From assembly GCA_027488755.1 (NCBI GenBank), contig JAIYAZ010000135.1, positions 31,382 through 95,381 on the forward strand: 64,000 bases of DNA. The letters run 5' to 3'. Source of the stretch: Verrucomicrobiaceae bacterium. Its GTDB lineage: Bacteria > Verrucomicrobiota > Verrucomicrobiia > Chthoniobacterales > JAATET01. The translations under genes were made by a program, and so were the position numbers. Position 1 is the first letter of the stretch, and each line of letters begins with the position of its first letter. A model generated the notes under the pieces. The model saw nothing but the letters and a program-made list of their open reading frames with translations. It had not been told where the DNA came from and did not search any database. Below are positions 52,730 to 61,454 of this stretch, piece by piece.

Positions 52730-55345
52730 ATGAGGATTCTTTTTGTTTCCGCGCTCGCGTTGGCCATCCCGTCGCTGGTCTCCGCCCAGGAGGTGCGCCG
52801 CGCCCTGCCCGCCAACGCTCCGGACGGCACGCCCCCGCCGGTGCGCCGCGCGGAGGCGGTGACGCCCGAGACCTACGAAAATCCCGCGTGGATGGAGCGC
52901 GTTCGCCCCGCCCAGCCCGTGCCGGTCCAACGAGCTGAGCCCGTGGCGACACCGATTCCCGTGGCCACGCCGATCCCGGTGGCGACGCCGATTCCGGTGG
53001 CGACGCCAATCCCGCTGGCCCCCGAGCCGACCGCGGAGCCCGCCGCTGCGCCGGGCGCGGAGGCGACGCCGGATCCCGTGGACGTTCCCGCGCCCGCGGA
53101 GGCCGTGCCGAGCCAGAGCCGGGCGCTCACGGCGGCCAACGGCTTCTTCCGCCGCCGCATGTATGACATGGCGGTTTACGAATACGAAAAATTCCTCATC
53201 GCCGAGCCGAATGCGTCCGGGCGCGACGCGGCGTTGTTCCGCCTCGGGGAAAGTCATCGCTTTCTCGGCAACGAGCGGGCGGCCCGCGAAGCCTACCAGC
53301 GCCTGCTGCTGGAGGCGCGGGAGGGCGAGTTTGCGGGCGCGGGCGCGTATCGCCTCGGCGAGATTCTTTACACCGAGGGCAAATACGCGGAGGCCGCCGA
53401 TCTTTTCGACCGGGCCGAAGCGAACGCCCGTGAGGATGCGGTGAAGCTCAGCGCCGCCTTCTTCCAGGCGAGCGCCTACGAACGGCTCAACCGGCGCGCC
53501 CAGGCCGCCGAGAAGTATCGCGCGATCCTGAAGTTCCCCGGCGAGAATCCCTACCGCGAGTCGGCCCTGTTTTTCCTCGCCGAGGAGGATGCCCGCAACG
53601 GACGGAAGGCCGAGGCCTTTGCGGCCTACGAGACGCTGGCCACCACCTCGCCCAAGCCGGAGGTGAAGGTCGAGGCCGCGGTGAAGGCCGCGGCGCTGGC
53701 CTCGGAGCTCGGCCGCAATGACCGCGCGCGCGCCCTCTTCGAGCAGGTGATCTCCTCGCCCGACGCCGGAAGCTGGAGCGGTGTGGCCTGGCTCGGCGTG
53801 ATGCGGTTGGCCTACGAAAGCGGGCGTTACCAGGAGGCGATCGACGCCGCCGACAAGGGCATGGCGAAACTGCCGCGCGACGCCGCGCCGGAGGCGATCC
53901 TGATCGTGGCGAATTCCCGCCGCCAGCTCGGCCAGACCGAAAAGGCACTGGCGTTCTACGATCAGATTCTCCGCGAGCATCCCGGCACTGACGCGGCGCG
54001 GCAGGCGCAGTTTCAGCGCCTCGTGTGCCTTGAGGCCACCGGCGCAAAGGACCTGCCCGCGCAGCTCGACGAATTTTTGAAGGTCAGCACCGACCCCGTG
54101 CAGCGGGCGCAGGCCACGCTGCTAAAGGCGGAGACGCTCTTCAAGGCGGGCGACTACGCCGGCGCCGCTCCGCTTTATCAGGGCGTGATCCGCTCGCCGC
54201 TGCCGGCGCGGCTGCGCACGGCCGCGCGTTACAAGCTCGGCTGGTGCCAGCTCCAGCTTGGGCAGGCGACCGATGCCGCGCAGACCTTCACGCTTTTCAT
54301 CGACCAGAATCCGAAGAGCGAGTTGCTCCCGGCGGCGATCACCCAGCGGGCGCTCGCGATGCAGCAGGCGAAGGCCTACGAGGCGGCGTTGCGGGACTTC
54401 GACCGCGTGATCGCGGATTTTCCCAAGGCGAAGGAGCGGGAGATTGCGCTGCTGCAGCGGGCGCTCGTCCTGGGTCAACTCGAGCGCTACGACGACATGG
54501 CGAAGACGTTCGCGCAGCTGCTTGCGGAGTATCCGAAGAGCCGGGCGGCGGCGCAGGCCGAGTATTGGCTGGGCTGGCAGGCGTTCGAGAAGAAGGACTA
54601 CGCGGGCGCGATCACGCACCTCACGCGGGCGCGGGAGCTTGATGCGAAGACCTTCGGCGACCGCGCAGCGCTGCGCATCGTGCTGGCGCACTACTACGCG
54701 GGGAACCGCGAGGCCGTGGCCGCGGAGGCGGCGAAGGCCGATCTCGCCACGCTCCCGGCGGAGGTGCTGGCCTGGCTGGGGACGCAGTTTTACGACGCGG
54801 GGGATTACGCCCGCGCCGAGAAGTTTCTTCTCCCGATCGTCGCGCGGGGCAGCACCGGCAACGGCAGCCCCGATGTGCTGCTAGCGCTGGCGCGGGCCCA
54901 GCTGGCGCAGGAGAAGTTCGAGGCGGCGCGCGATCCCATCCGCCAGTATCTCACCGCGGCGCGGGACCCGCTGAGCCGCGCGAAGGGCCTGCTGGCCTCG
55001 GCCGAGGTTTCGCTCGGCACGGGGAATTACGAGGACGCCAACAAGCTCGTCGAGGAGGCAATGCTCCTCCAGCCCGAGGGCACGGTGAACGCCGAGGCGC
55101 GCCTGCTCGGCGGCGAGGTCCAGATGCAGCGCGGCGACTACGCCGGGGCGGCCCGGGCGTTCATGACGATTTCCGTGCTCCACGACGATCCGAAGATCAC
55201 GCCGCGGGCCCTCACGCGCGCCGCGGCCGCCTACCGCCGGGCGGGGGACGCCGCGGCTGCCAATCGTGCCTTGGCGGAGCGCGACCAGCGTTACCCCGCG
55301 GGGGCGGCGGCCTCGCCGAGCCCGAAACCCGCCCGCGACGAATGA
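52730..55345 (+). CDS. Large exported TPR protein (CpoB/BamD-like repeats) with a Pro-rich N-terminal linker
   Basis: Signal peptide; repeats such as ALFRLGES, ARYKLGW, AEYWLGW, LLAEYPKS; 871 aa. Confidence 0.85.
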   Translation: MRILFVSALALAIPSLVSAQEVRRALPANAPDGTPPPVRRAEAVTPETYENPAWMERVRPAQPVPVQRAEPVATPIPVATPIPVATPIPVATPIPLAPEPTAEPAAAPGAEATPDPVDVPAPAEAVPSQSRALTAANGFFRRRMYDMAVYEYEKFLIAEPNASGRDAALFRLGESHRFLGNERAAREAYQRLLLEAREGEFAGAGAYRLGEILYTEGKYAEAADLFDRAEANAREDAVKLSAAFFQASAYERLNRRAQAAEKYRAILKFPGENPYRESALFFLAEEDARNGRKAEAFAAYETLATTSPKPEVKVEAAVKAAALASELGRNDRARALFEQVISSPDAGSWSGVAWLGVMRLAYESGRYQEAIDAADKGMAKLPRDAAPEAILIVANSRRQLGQTEKALAFYDQILREHPGTDAARQAQFQRLVCLEATGAKDLPAQLDEFLKVSTDPVQRAQATLLKAETLFKAGDYAGAAPLYQGVIRSPLPARLRTAARYKLGWCQLQLGQATDAAQTFTLFIDQNPKSELLPAAITQRALAMQQAKAYEAALRDFDRVIADFPKAKEREIALLQRALVLGQLERYDDMAKTFAQLLAEYPKSRAAAQAEYWLGWQAFEKKDYAGAITHLTRARELDAKTFGDRAALRIVLAHYYAGNREAVAAEAAKADLATLPAEVLAWLGTQFYDAGDYARAEKFLLPIVARGSTGNGSPDVLLALARAQLAQEKFEAARDPIRQYLTAARDPLSRAKGLLASAEVSLGTGNYEDANKLVEEAMLLQPEGTVNAEARLLGGEVQMQRGDYAGAARAFMTISVLHDDPKITPRALTRAAAAYRRAGDAAAANRALAERDQRYPAGAAASPSPKPARDE
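52943..53014 (+). repeat. 18-bp in-frame tandem repeat x4 encoding VATPIP
   Basis: GTGGCGACACCGATTCCC, GTGGCCACGCCGATCCCG, GTGGCGACGCCGATTCCG, GTGGCGACGCCAATCCCG. Confidence 0.9.
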
Positions 55346-56490
55346 CGCCGGAACCCTCCGCCCCCAGCGCCGGGATGCGCAGCCTGCTGCGGTTCCTGGG
55401 TTTTGTCGGCCTGGCCGTGCTGGCGGTGGGGATTTTTTATTTCGCCCGCCGCGATGGGGCACGCGACGCCATCAAGCAGGGCGGGGCGGCGGTGGCGGGG
55501 CGTCTGCCGGGGCTGGCGGCGCTGGATGCCGAGGTCACCGCGCTGGTCGATCAGGTCGTGCCTTCGGTGGTGAGCATTTCGGCCCGCATGGACAATCCCG
55601 CCATGGAACGCATGCGCCAGATTCGGCGCCTGCTGGGTCTCGGTGAAAACGGCGAGCCCGACGCCGGGGACGAAAAGCCGGAACTCGGCTCGGGGGCGAT
55701 CGTTTCGGCCGAGGGGCACATCCTGACGAACTTCCACGTGATCGCCCGCGCGAACCGCGTGGACGTGCGGATGAGCGACGGCCGGGTGATGCCGGCGCGG
55801 TTTCTCGGCGCGGACCAGCAGGCGGACATCGCCGTGCTGAAGATCGAGGCGGCCGGATTGAAGCCGCTGACGTTTGCGGACTCAAACGCCGTGCGCGTGG
55901 GCCAGGTGGTTTTTGCGGTAGGCAACCCGCTGGGGCTCGAGGAGACGGTCACGCAGGGCATCATCAGCGGCAAGGGACGGCGCGCGGTGAGCGGGCAGGC
56001 GACGGAATTTTTCCAGACCGACGCGGCGATCAATCCGGGTAACTCCGGCGGGCCGCTGATCAACGTGCGCGGCCAGATCGTGGGCATCAACAACGCCGTG
56101 CTGCTCGGAAGTTCGGGCATCAGTTTTGCCATTCCGGCTAACGTGGCGCAGCGCGTTTATGACGATGTGGTCAAGCGCGGGCGCATTTCGCGGCCGTGGT
56201 TTGGGGCGAACACGTGGCCGTTGAACGCGCAGATTGCCGCGGAGCTCAACCTGGGCACGGACACGGGAAATCTTGTCGTTTCCGTGGTGCCGAATTCGCC
56301 GGCGGCTCGCGCCGGCATCCTGGCGGGGGACGTGCTGCAGGAGTTTGACGGGCGTCCCGTGCGGGATTCCGTCGACATCATCAACCGGCTTTCCGAACTC
56401 AAGGAAGGCGACCGCGTGGCCGTCACGCTCTGGCGCGCGGGCGCGGTGCGGCGGGTCAACGTGACCGTGGAGGGGCAGCCGTGGCGCTGA
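55342..56490 (+). CDS. HtrA/DegS-like membrane-anchored serine protease with one PDZ domain
   Basis: LTNFHVI, DIAVLKI, QTDAAINPGNSGGPL, PNSPAARAGI. Confidence 0.93.
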   Translation: MTPEPSAPSAGMRSLLRFLGFVGLAVLAVGIFYFARRDGARDAIKQGGAAVAGRLPGLAALDAEVTALVDQVVPSVVSISARMDNPAMERMRQIRRLLGLGENGEPDAGDEKPELGSGAIVSAEGHILTNFHVIARANRVDVRMSDGRVMPARFLGADQQADIAVLKIEAAGLKPLTFADSNAVRVGQVVFAVGNPLGLEETVTQGIISGKGRRAVSGQATEFFQTDAAINPGNSGGPLINVRGQIVGINNAVLLGSSGISFAIPANVAQRVYDDVVKRGRISRPWFGANTWPLNAQIAAELNLGTDTGNLVVSVVPNSPAARAGILAGDVLQEFDGRPVRDSVDIINRLSELKEGDRVAVTLWRAGAVRRVNVTVEGQPWR

Positions 56491-56508
56491 TGCCGCGGCG
56501 TTGCGGGT

Positions 56509-56537
56509 TTGACAGAAACAGGCGACGGTTCTAACCA
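56509..56537 (+). promoter_or_regulatory. Putative leaderless promoter for the 56545..60364 genes
   Basis: TTGACA-N17-TAACCA-N7-ATG. Confidence 0.55.
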
Positions 56538-56544
56538 ATCCTCG

Positions 56545-57540
56545 ATGGCCCCCACCGCCACCCCCCCGAATCTGCGCCCGCCGGCCGAGCGGACCTTTGT
56601 TGTTGCCGCGATTGTGCTAGGTGCCTTCGCGCTCGTGCAGGTCATCGCTGCGGTGCTCGTGCTCGCGGCCAAGCTCGATCTCGATGAAATCGGCCGCCGG
56701 CTCGCGGCGCGGAATGCCGCCGCGCCGGCCGCCCCCGCCGCCCCGGTCGCGCCCGATGCCGCCAGCGCGCAAAAGGCGAACTCGCTCATGGCGGAGGCCG
56801 ACGAGTTTCGCGCCAAGGGAAATTTCCGCGGGGCGCTCGAGGCCGTGACCGAGGCCGACCGCCTTGTTCCCAACCGGCCGGGCATTCTTCTCCAGATGGC
56901 CTCCGATCAGGCCTCGCTCGGCGCGACGGCCGAGGCGACCGCGCTGCTCAAGCGGATTGTCGCCCTGCCTGCTCCGGCCGATCCCGCCGAGGCCGGCTTC
57001 GTGGCGCAGGCGCGGGCGGCCCTCGCGCAGATCAGCAACGCGGACGCTCCGCCCACGACGGCGGATGCCCCGCCGACGGTCACGCCCGACAAGGCGGGGG
57101 CCGGCGTGCGCGACGAGGTCGGGATTCCGATTGGTTCCGTCATGGGCATCGTGAGCGTGCAGCTCGTCGAGCCGAAGCCGGGGCAGAAGAGCCTGCGCGT
57201 GGCGACGAAGGCCTCGACGGAGGAGAAGATCGATCCGATGAAATTTTCGGCCACGGTCGATTTCTACGAGCAGGACGACTCCGGGCAGATTCAGCACGCG
57301 GACGCCCGGCAGACGGAATGGATGTCCCGCCCGGTGAACTGGGCCAAGGGTGAGCCGGAGCTTTTCCAGACCGCCTACCAGCCGCCCGCGGCCGACCGGG
57401 GCGATCTTCCGCCGGTCCAGTATCACGGCTACGTGGTGGCGATTTATTACAACGGCGAGCTGCAGGATTCCCGCGCGGAGCCGGTTTCGCTGCTGGAGCA
57501 GTTTCCGCCGCCTTTGACCAAGAGCGCCGTTTCGGAATGA
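56545..57540 (+). CDS. Membrane-anchored hypothetical protein (TPR-like segment + beta domain)
   Basis: N-terminal TM, helical repeat, C-terminal YHGYVVAIYYNGELQD; ATGA-coupled to the next gene. Confidence 0.7.
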   Translation: MAPTATPPNLRPPAERTFVVAAIVLGAFALVQVIAAVLVLAAKLDLDEIGRRLAARNAAAPAAPAAPVAPDAASAQKANSLMAEADEFRAKGNFRGALEAVTEADRLVPNRPGILLQMASDQASLGATAEATALLKRIVALPAPADPAEAGFVAQARAALAQISNADAPPTTADAPPTVTPDKAGAGVRDEVGIPIGSVMGIVSVQLVEPKPGQKSLRVATKASTEEKIDPMKFSATVDFYEQDDSGQIQHADARQTEWMSRPVNWAKGEPELFQTAYQPPAADRGDLPPVQYHGYVVAIYYNGELQDSRAEPVSLLEQFPPPLTKSAVSE

Positions 57541-59447
57541 AGATCCTCCTCGTTGACGGCGACCTTCCGGCCGCGCAGCGATTGGGGACCGCGCTGGTGG
57601 AGGCGGGATGGGGCGAAGTGGTGGCGGTTGGTTCGGCCGGGGAGGCCGTTGACCACGTCAATCGCGAGGGCGCCGTCGACGCGCTCGTTACGCAGGTTTC
57701 CCTGCCCGACCTCGATGGGTTTGCGCTGGTCGAGGCCATGCAGCCGCATCTGCCCGGGCTGCGCGTGGTGTATCTCGCGGATGGCGAAGACGTGCCGGCC
57801 GGTCAATGGCCCGTGCTGCGGAATCCCGCCGACGGTGGTGCCCTGGCGGCGGCCCTCGCGGGGCTTTTCCCGGCGGAGGATCCCCTGGTGGGAACCACGC
57901 TCGGGGAGTATTGGATCGATGCCCGCGCGGGCGAGGATTCCCACGGGGCCTATTACGCCGCGGTGCAAACCGCGATCAACCGTCCCGTCGAACTCCACGT
58001 GCTTTTCCCGGAGCGGACCGCGGATCCCGCGGCCGGGCCGGGATTCCTCGCGGCGGCGCGGGCCAAGGCGCGCGTGCACAATCCCGCGGTGCTTTCGGTG
58101 TTCGAGGCCGGCGAAATCGGGGGCTGGTATTTCTACACCTCGGAACCGCGCGAGGGTTCGTCGCTGGCCGAACTCGCGGCGCAGGGGAGCAGCCTGCCGG
58201 CGGCGGCTCTGCTGCAGATTCTCCACGTCGTGGCGGAGACGATGGTGCAGCTTGGCCAGTCCCGCATCGCGCACGAGCCGCTGTCCGCTCACCACGTGAT
58301 GATCGACGGCCGCCGGCGCGCGCGGCTGGTGAACATTGCGACCGACGCTGCCGCGCCGGATGCCTTTCGCGAGGAAATGCGCCGCCTCGCGGTTGCGGTG
58401 GAGGCCCTGGCCCCTGCGGACCCGTCCTCGGGCGCGCTTCGCCGGTTGCTGGGATTGATGCGGGCCGACGCGCTGACCGTGCGCTCGTGGACCGCGCTGA
58501 TTTACGAGGTCAAGCGCTGCCAGGGCAGCGAGGGCGCGGAGGCCACCTACCGGATGGACGCGAGCGGGGAGGCTGCGCTTGAGGGCGTGCGCCGCGAGCG
58601 GCGGCGGGCCCGGATTTTGCGCGGCCTCGGCTGGGCGGCGTTGGGCGTGGGCGGGTTGGCCGCCGCGGGCTGGGCGGCGTGGTTTTTTAGCGGCGGCGGC
58701 CACGCGAATCCCGCGCTTGAGCGGATGGTGGCGATCCCCGCCACCGTGGTGGTGCGGCCAGGCTCGGGCAGCGAGAGCGTCCCGCCGTTTTGGATCGACC
58801 AATACGAGGTCTCCATCGGGCAGTATGCGGATTTCCTCGCGTGGACGCAGCGGCATCCCGGCACGGCCCGAAGCCTTCTGCCGGAGGGGACGCCGGAGAA
58901 TCATTCCTTCGTGCCGGCCGGATGGGCGCCGGGGAAATCCGCGGACGGGGAGACGCCGGGGTATTTCGCCGTCGCGAAGGCGGGCGGATCCTACGAGGGG
59001 TCGCCGCTTTCGCTGGACGCGCCCGTGTTTGGCGTCGACTGGCCCTCGGCCTACGCCTACGCGCTCTGGAAGGACCGGCGCCTGCCCTCCGACCTGGAGT
59101 GGGAGGTGGCGGCCTCGGGCGGGCTCGGTCGCAAGTATCCGTGGGGCGCCGAAGCCCGGCCCGGCGCGGCGCATCTCGCGGGTAATGCCGCGTTGCCGAA
59201 GTGGGCTCCGGTCAACGCCACGACCGAGGACCACACGCCGGAGGGCGTGATCGGCCTCGGGGGCAACGTCTCGGAATGGACCTCTTCGCTGGTCGGCACC
59301 ACGGCGAGCGCGCGTCCGATTGTGCGCGGCGGGAACTGGTCGGATCGCGAACTCGACCTTCCGCGCCGCATGCTCGAGCTTGACCTTACGCAATCTTCCC
59401 CCACCGTCGGATTCCGCACCGCTTCGTCCCAGCCACCCGCCCCATGA
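57537..59447 (+). CDS. Receiver-like + Ser/Thr kinase-like + TM + FGE-sulfatase (SUMF1-like) fusion protein
   Basis: MKILLVDGD..LPDLDGFAL; LVGTTLGEY..INRPVELHVL..HNPAVLSVFEAG; IDQYEVS, RLPSDLEWE, GNVSEWT, RGGNW, GFRT. Confidence 0.8.
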   Translation: MKILLVDGDLPAAQRLGTALVEAGWGEVVAVGSAGEAVDHVNREGAVDALVTQVSLPDLDGFALVEAMQPHLPGLRVVYLADGEDVPAGQWPVLRNPADGGALAAALAGLFPAEDPLVGTTLGEYWIDARAGEDSHGAYYAAVQTAINRPVELHVLFPERTADPAAGPGFLAAARAKARVHNPAVLSVFEAGEIGGWYFYTSEPREGSSLAELAAQGSSLPAAALLQILHVVAETMVQLGQSRIAHEPLSAHHVMIDGRRRARLVNIATDAAAPDAFREEMRRLAVAVEALAPADPSSGALRRLLGLMRADALTVRSWTALIYEVKRCQGSEGAEATYRMDASGEAALEGVRRERRRARILRGLGWAALGVGGLAAAGWAAWFFSGGGHANPALERMVAIPATVVVRPGSGSESVPPFWIDQYEVSIGQYADFLAWTQRHPGTARSLLPEGTPENHSFVPAGWAPGKSADGETPGYFAVAKAGGSYEGSPLSLDAPVFGVDWPSAYAYALWKDRRLPSDLEWEVAASGGLGRKYPWGAEARPGAAHLAGNAALPKWAPVNATTEDHTPEGVIGLGGNVSEWTSSLVGTTASARPIVRGGNWSDRELDLPRRMLELDLTQSSPTVGFRTASSQPPAP

Positions 59448-60364
59448 TTCCCTTCCGTCCGTCCCGCCCGCTGCTGTTCCTTTGCCTCGGGTTTGCTTTG
59501 CTGGCCGCCGCGCCCGTCGCCTGGGCGCAGGTGCGGGTGGACCTGGCTCTGCGGCGTTCGCTCTTCGTGCGCTACGAGCCGGTGATCGCCACGGTGACGG
59601 TCACGAACCTCAGCGGCCGCGACCTGGAGTTGCGCGACGACGGCAACCACAAATGGTTCAGCTTTAACATTGAGAGTGCCACGGGCGCGCTCGTGCCGCC
59701 GTATCACGTCGATTATTCGCTCGAGCCGCTGACGATTGGCGTCGGTGAAAGCATCAGCCGCGTGGTGAACATCACGCCGCTCTACCCGATTTCGGAGTCT
59801 GGCACCATCTACCGTCTGCGCGCCGTGATCTACGACGCGACGGTCGGCCGGTATTTCAGCTCGAATCCGCCGCTCAACGTCGAAATCACCGAGGGTCGCA
59901 TGCTCTGGCAGCAGATTGTGGGCGTGCCCGGCGCGAATGGACAGGCCGGCTCGCGCACGATCACGCTGCTCTCGCACCGCCTGCCCGACCAGACGCAGCT
60001 CTACATCCGCATTGAGGACAAGGAGAACGGCCTCGTCTTTTGCACGGCCCAGCTTGGGCGCGTCATCACCTTCAACAAGCCGCAGGTGGAGCTCGACGCG
60101 AACAACGACATTTACATCCTCCAGAACACCTCGCCGAAAACCTTCCTCTTCACGAAGGTCAGCCTCGACGGAAAAATCCTGGAGCGGAAGGACTACGCCT
60201 CCACGCAGCAGAGCCGCCCGGCGCTCGTGCGCGGGCCCTCGGGGCAGCCGGAGGTCACGGGCGGGCTGTATCTCGATCCGGCCGCGGTGGCGGCGGAGAA
60301 GGCTGCGCCGAAGCCGCCGTCGGTTTCGGATCGCCCGGTGCCGCTTCCGAAGGCGAAACCCTGA
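59444..60364 (+). CDS. Exported beta-rich hypothetical protein
   Basis: Signal peptide ending AWA; YEPVIATVTVTNLSGRDL Ig-like start; ATGA-coupled. Confidence 0.75.
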   Translation: MIPFRPSRPLLFLCLGFALLAAAPVAWAQVRVDLALRRSLFVRYEPVIATVTVTNLSGRDLELRDDGNHKWFSFNIESATGALVPPYHVDYSLEPLTIGVGESISRVVNITPLYPISESGTIYRLRAVIYDATVGRYFSSNPPLNVEITEGRMLWQQIVGVPGANGQAGSRTITLLSHRLPDQTQLYIRIEDKENGLVFCTAQLGRVITFNKPQVELDANNDIYILQNTSPKTFLFTKVSLDGKILERKDYASTQQSRPALVRGPSGQPEVTGGLYLDPAAVAAEKAAPKPPSVSDRPVPLPKAKP

Positions 60365-60371
60365 CGGGCCC

Positions 60372-61394
60372 TTACGCGGCGGGCTGACGTCCAGCCGCGG
60401 CGAGGAACGGGCGGATCGTTTCGACGAGGCGGCGGAAGCCTTCGAAGGTCACCTGCTGCTGGCCGTCGCTCCAGGCCTCGGCGGGATTCGGATGCACCTC
60501 GATGAGGAGTCCGTCGGCCCCCATGGCCACGGCGCCGGCGCAGAGGGCGATGACGAGGTCGGCCCGGCCGCAGCCCTGGCTCGGGTCGACGATGACGGGA
60601 AGGTGGGACTCGCGTTTGGCGATGGCGACCGCGCCGAGGTCGAGCGTGTTGCGCGTGTAGGTCTCGAAGGTGCGGATGCCACGCTCGCAGAGCATGACGT
60701 TCGGGTTGCCGTGGGCGAGCAGGTATTCCGAGGCGAGCAGCCATTCCTCGATGCGCTCGCTGAGCCCGCGCTTGAGCAGCACAGGCTTGCCGCTGCGGGC
60801 GCATTCGATGAGGAGCTGGAAGTTCTGCGCGTTGCGCGCGCCGATCTGGAGGATGTCGGCGGTCTCGGCGACGTGCTCGACGTCGCGTTCGCTGAGCACC
60901 TCGGTGATGATGCGCAGGCCGGTGCGGTCGCGGGCTTCGCGGAGGAGGCGCAGCCCCTCCTTGCCGAGGCCCTGGAATTCGTAGGGCGACGTGCGGGGCT
61001 TGTAGGCACCGCCGCGCAGGATGGTCGCGCCGGCGGCTTTCACCGCGTCGGCCGTGGCGAAGAGCTGTTCCGCGCTTTCGACGGAGCAGGGGCCGGCCAT
61101 GAGGGTGAAGCCGGGGCCGCCCACGGGGACGCCGGCGACGTCGATCACGGTGTCCTCCGGGTGAGATTCCCGGCTCGCGAGCTTGTAGCGTTTCTGCACG
61201 CGGATGACGCGCTCGACCTGCGGGAGGACGTTCAGGGACTCGAGCGTGTGCTGGGTGCGTTCGTCCCCGATGGCGGCGACGACGGTCTGCGCGACGCCGA
61301 TGATGGGCGAGGGCTCGTAGCCGAGGGTGCGGATTTCGGTGATGACTTCGTCGATTTGTTCACGCGAAGCGCCTGGGCGGAGAACGATAATCAT
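60372..61394 (-). CDS. aroF: 3-deoxy-7-phosphoheptulonate synthase (type I-beta, N-terminal regulatory domain)
   Basis: MAGPCSVES, RGGAYKPRTSPYEFQG, QIGARN, LLKRG, CERGIRTFE, DPSQ, IEVHPNP. Confidence 0.95.
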   Translation of the reverse strand: MIIVLRPGASREQIDEVITEIRTLGYEPSPIIGVAQTVVAAIGDERTQHTLESLNVLPQVERVIRVQKRYKLASRESHPEDTVIDVAGVPVGGPGFTLMAGPCSVESAEQLFATADAVKAAGATILRGGAYKPRTSPYEFQGLGKEGLRLLREARDRTGLRIITEVLSERDVEHVAETADILQIGARNAQNFQLLIECARSGKPVLLKRGLSERIEEWLLASEYLLAHGNPNVMLCERGIRTFETYTRNTLDLGAVAIAKRESHLPVIVDPSQGCGRADLVIALCAGAVAMGADGLLIEVHPNPAEAWSDGQQQVTFEGFRRLVETIRPFLAAAGRQPAA

Positions 61395-61454
61395 GGTGGG
61401 GTCGGTCCGAGGATTGCTTTATCCTACCGTCAATCCCACTGAACCACCACCCCC

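Noticed and set aside
52943-53014. CRISPR-like array
   Set aside because: Contiguous in-frame 18-bp units with no spacers and no cas genes.
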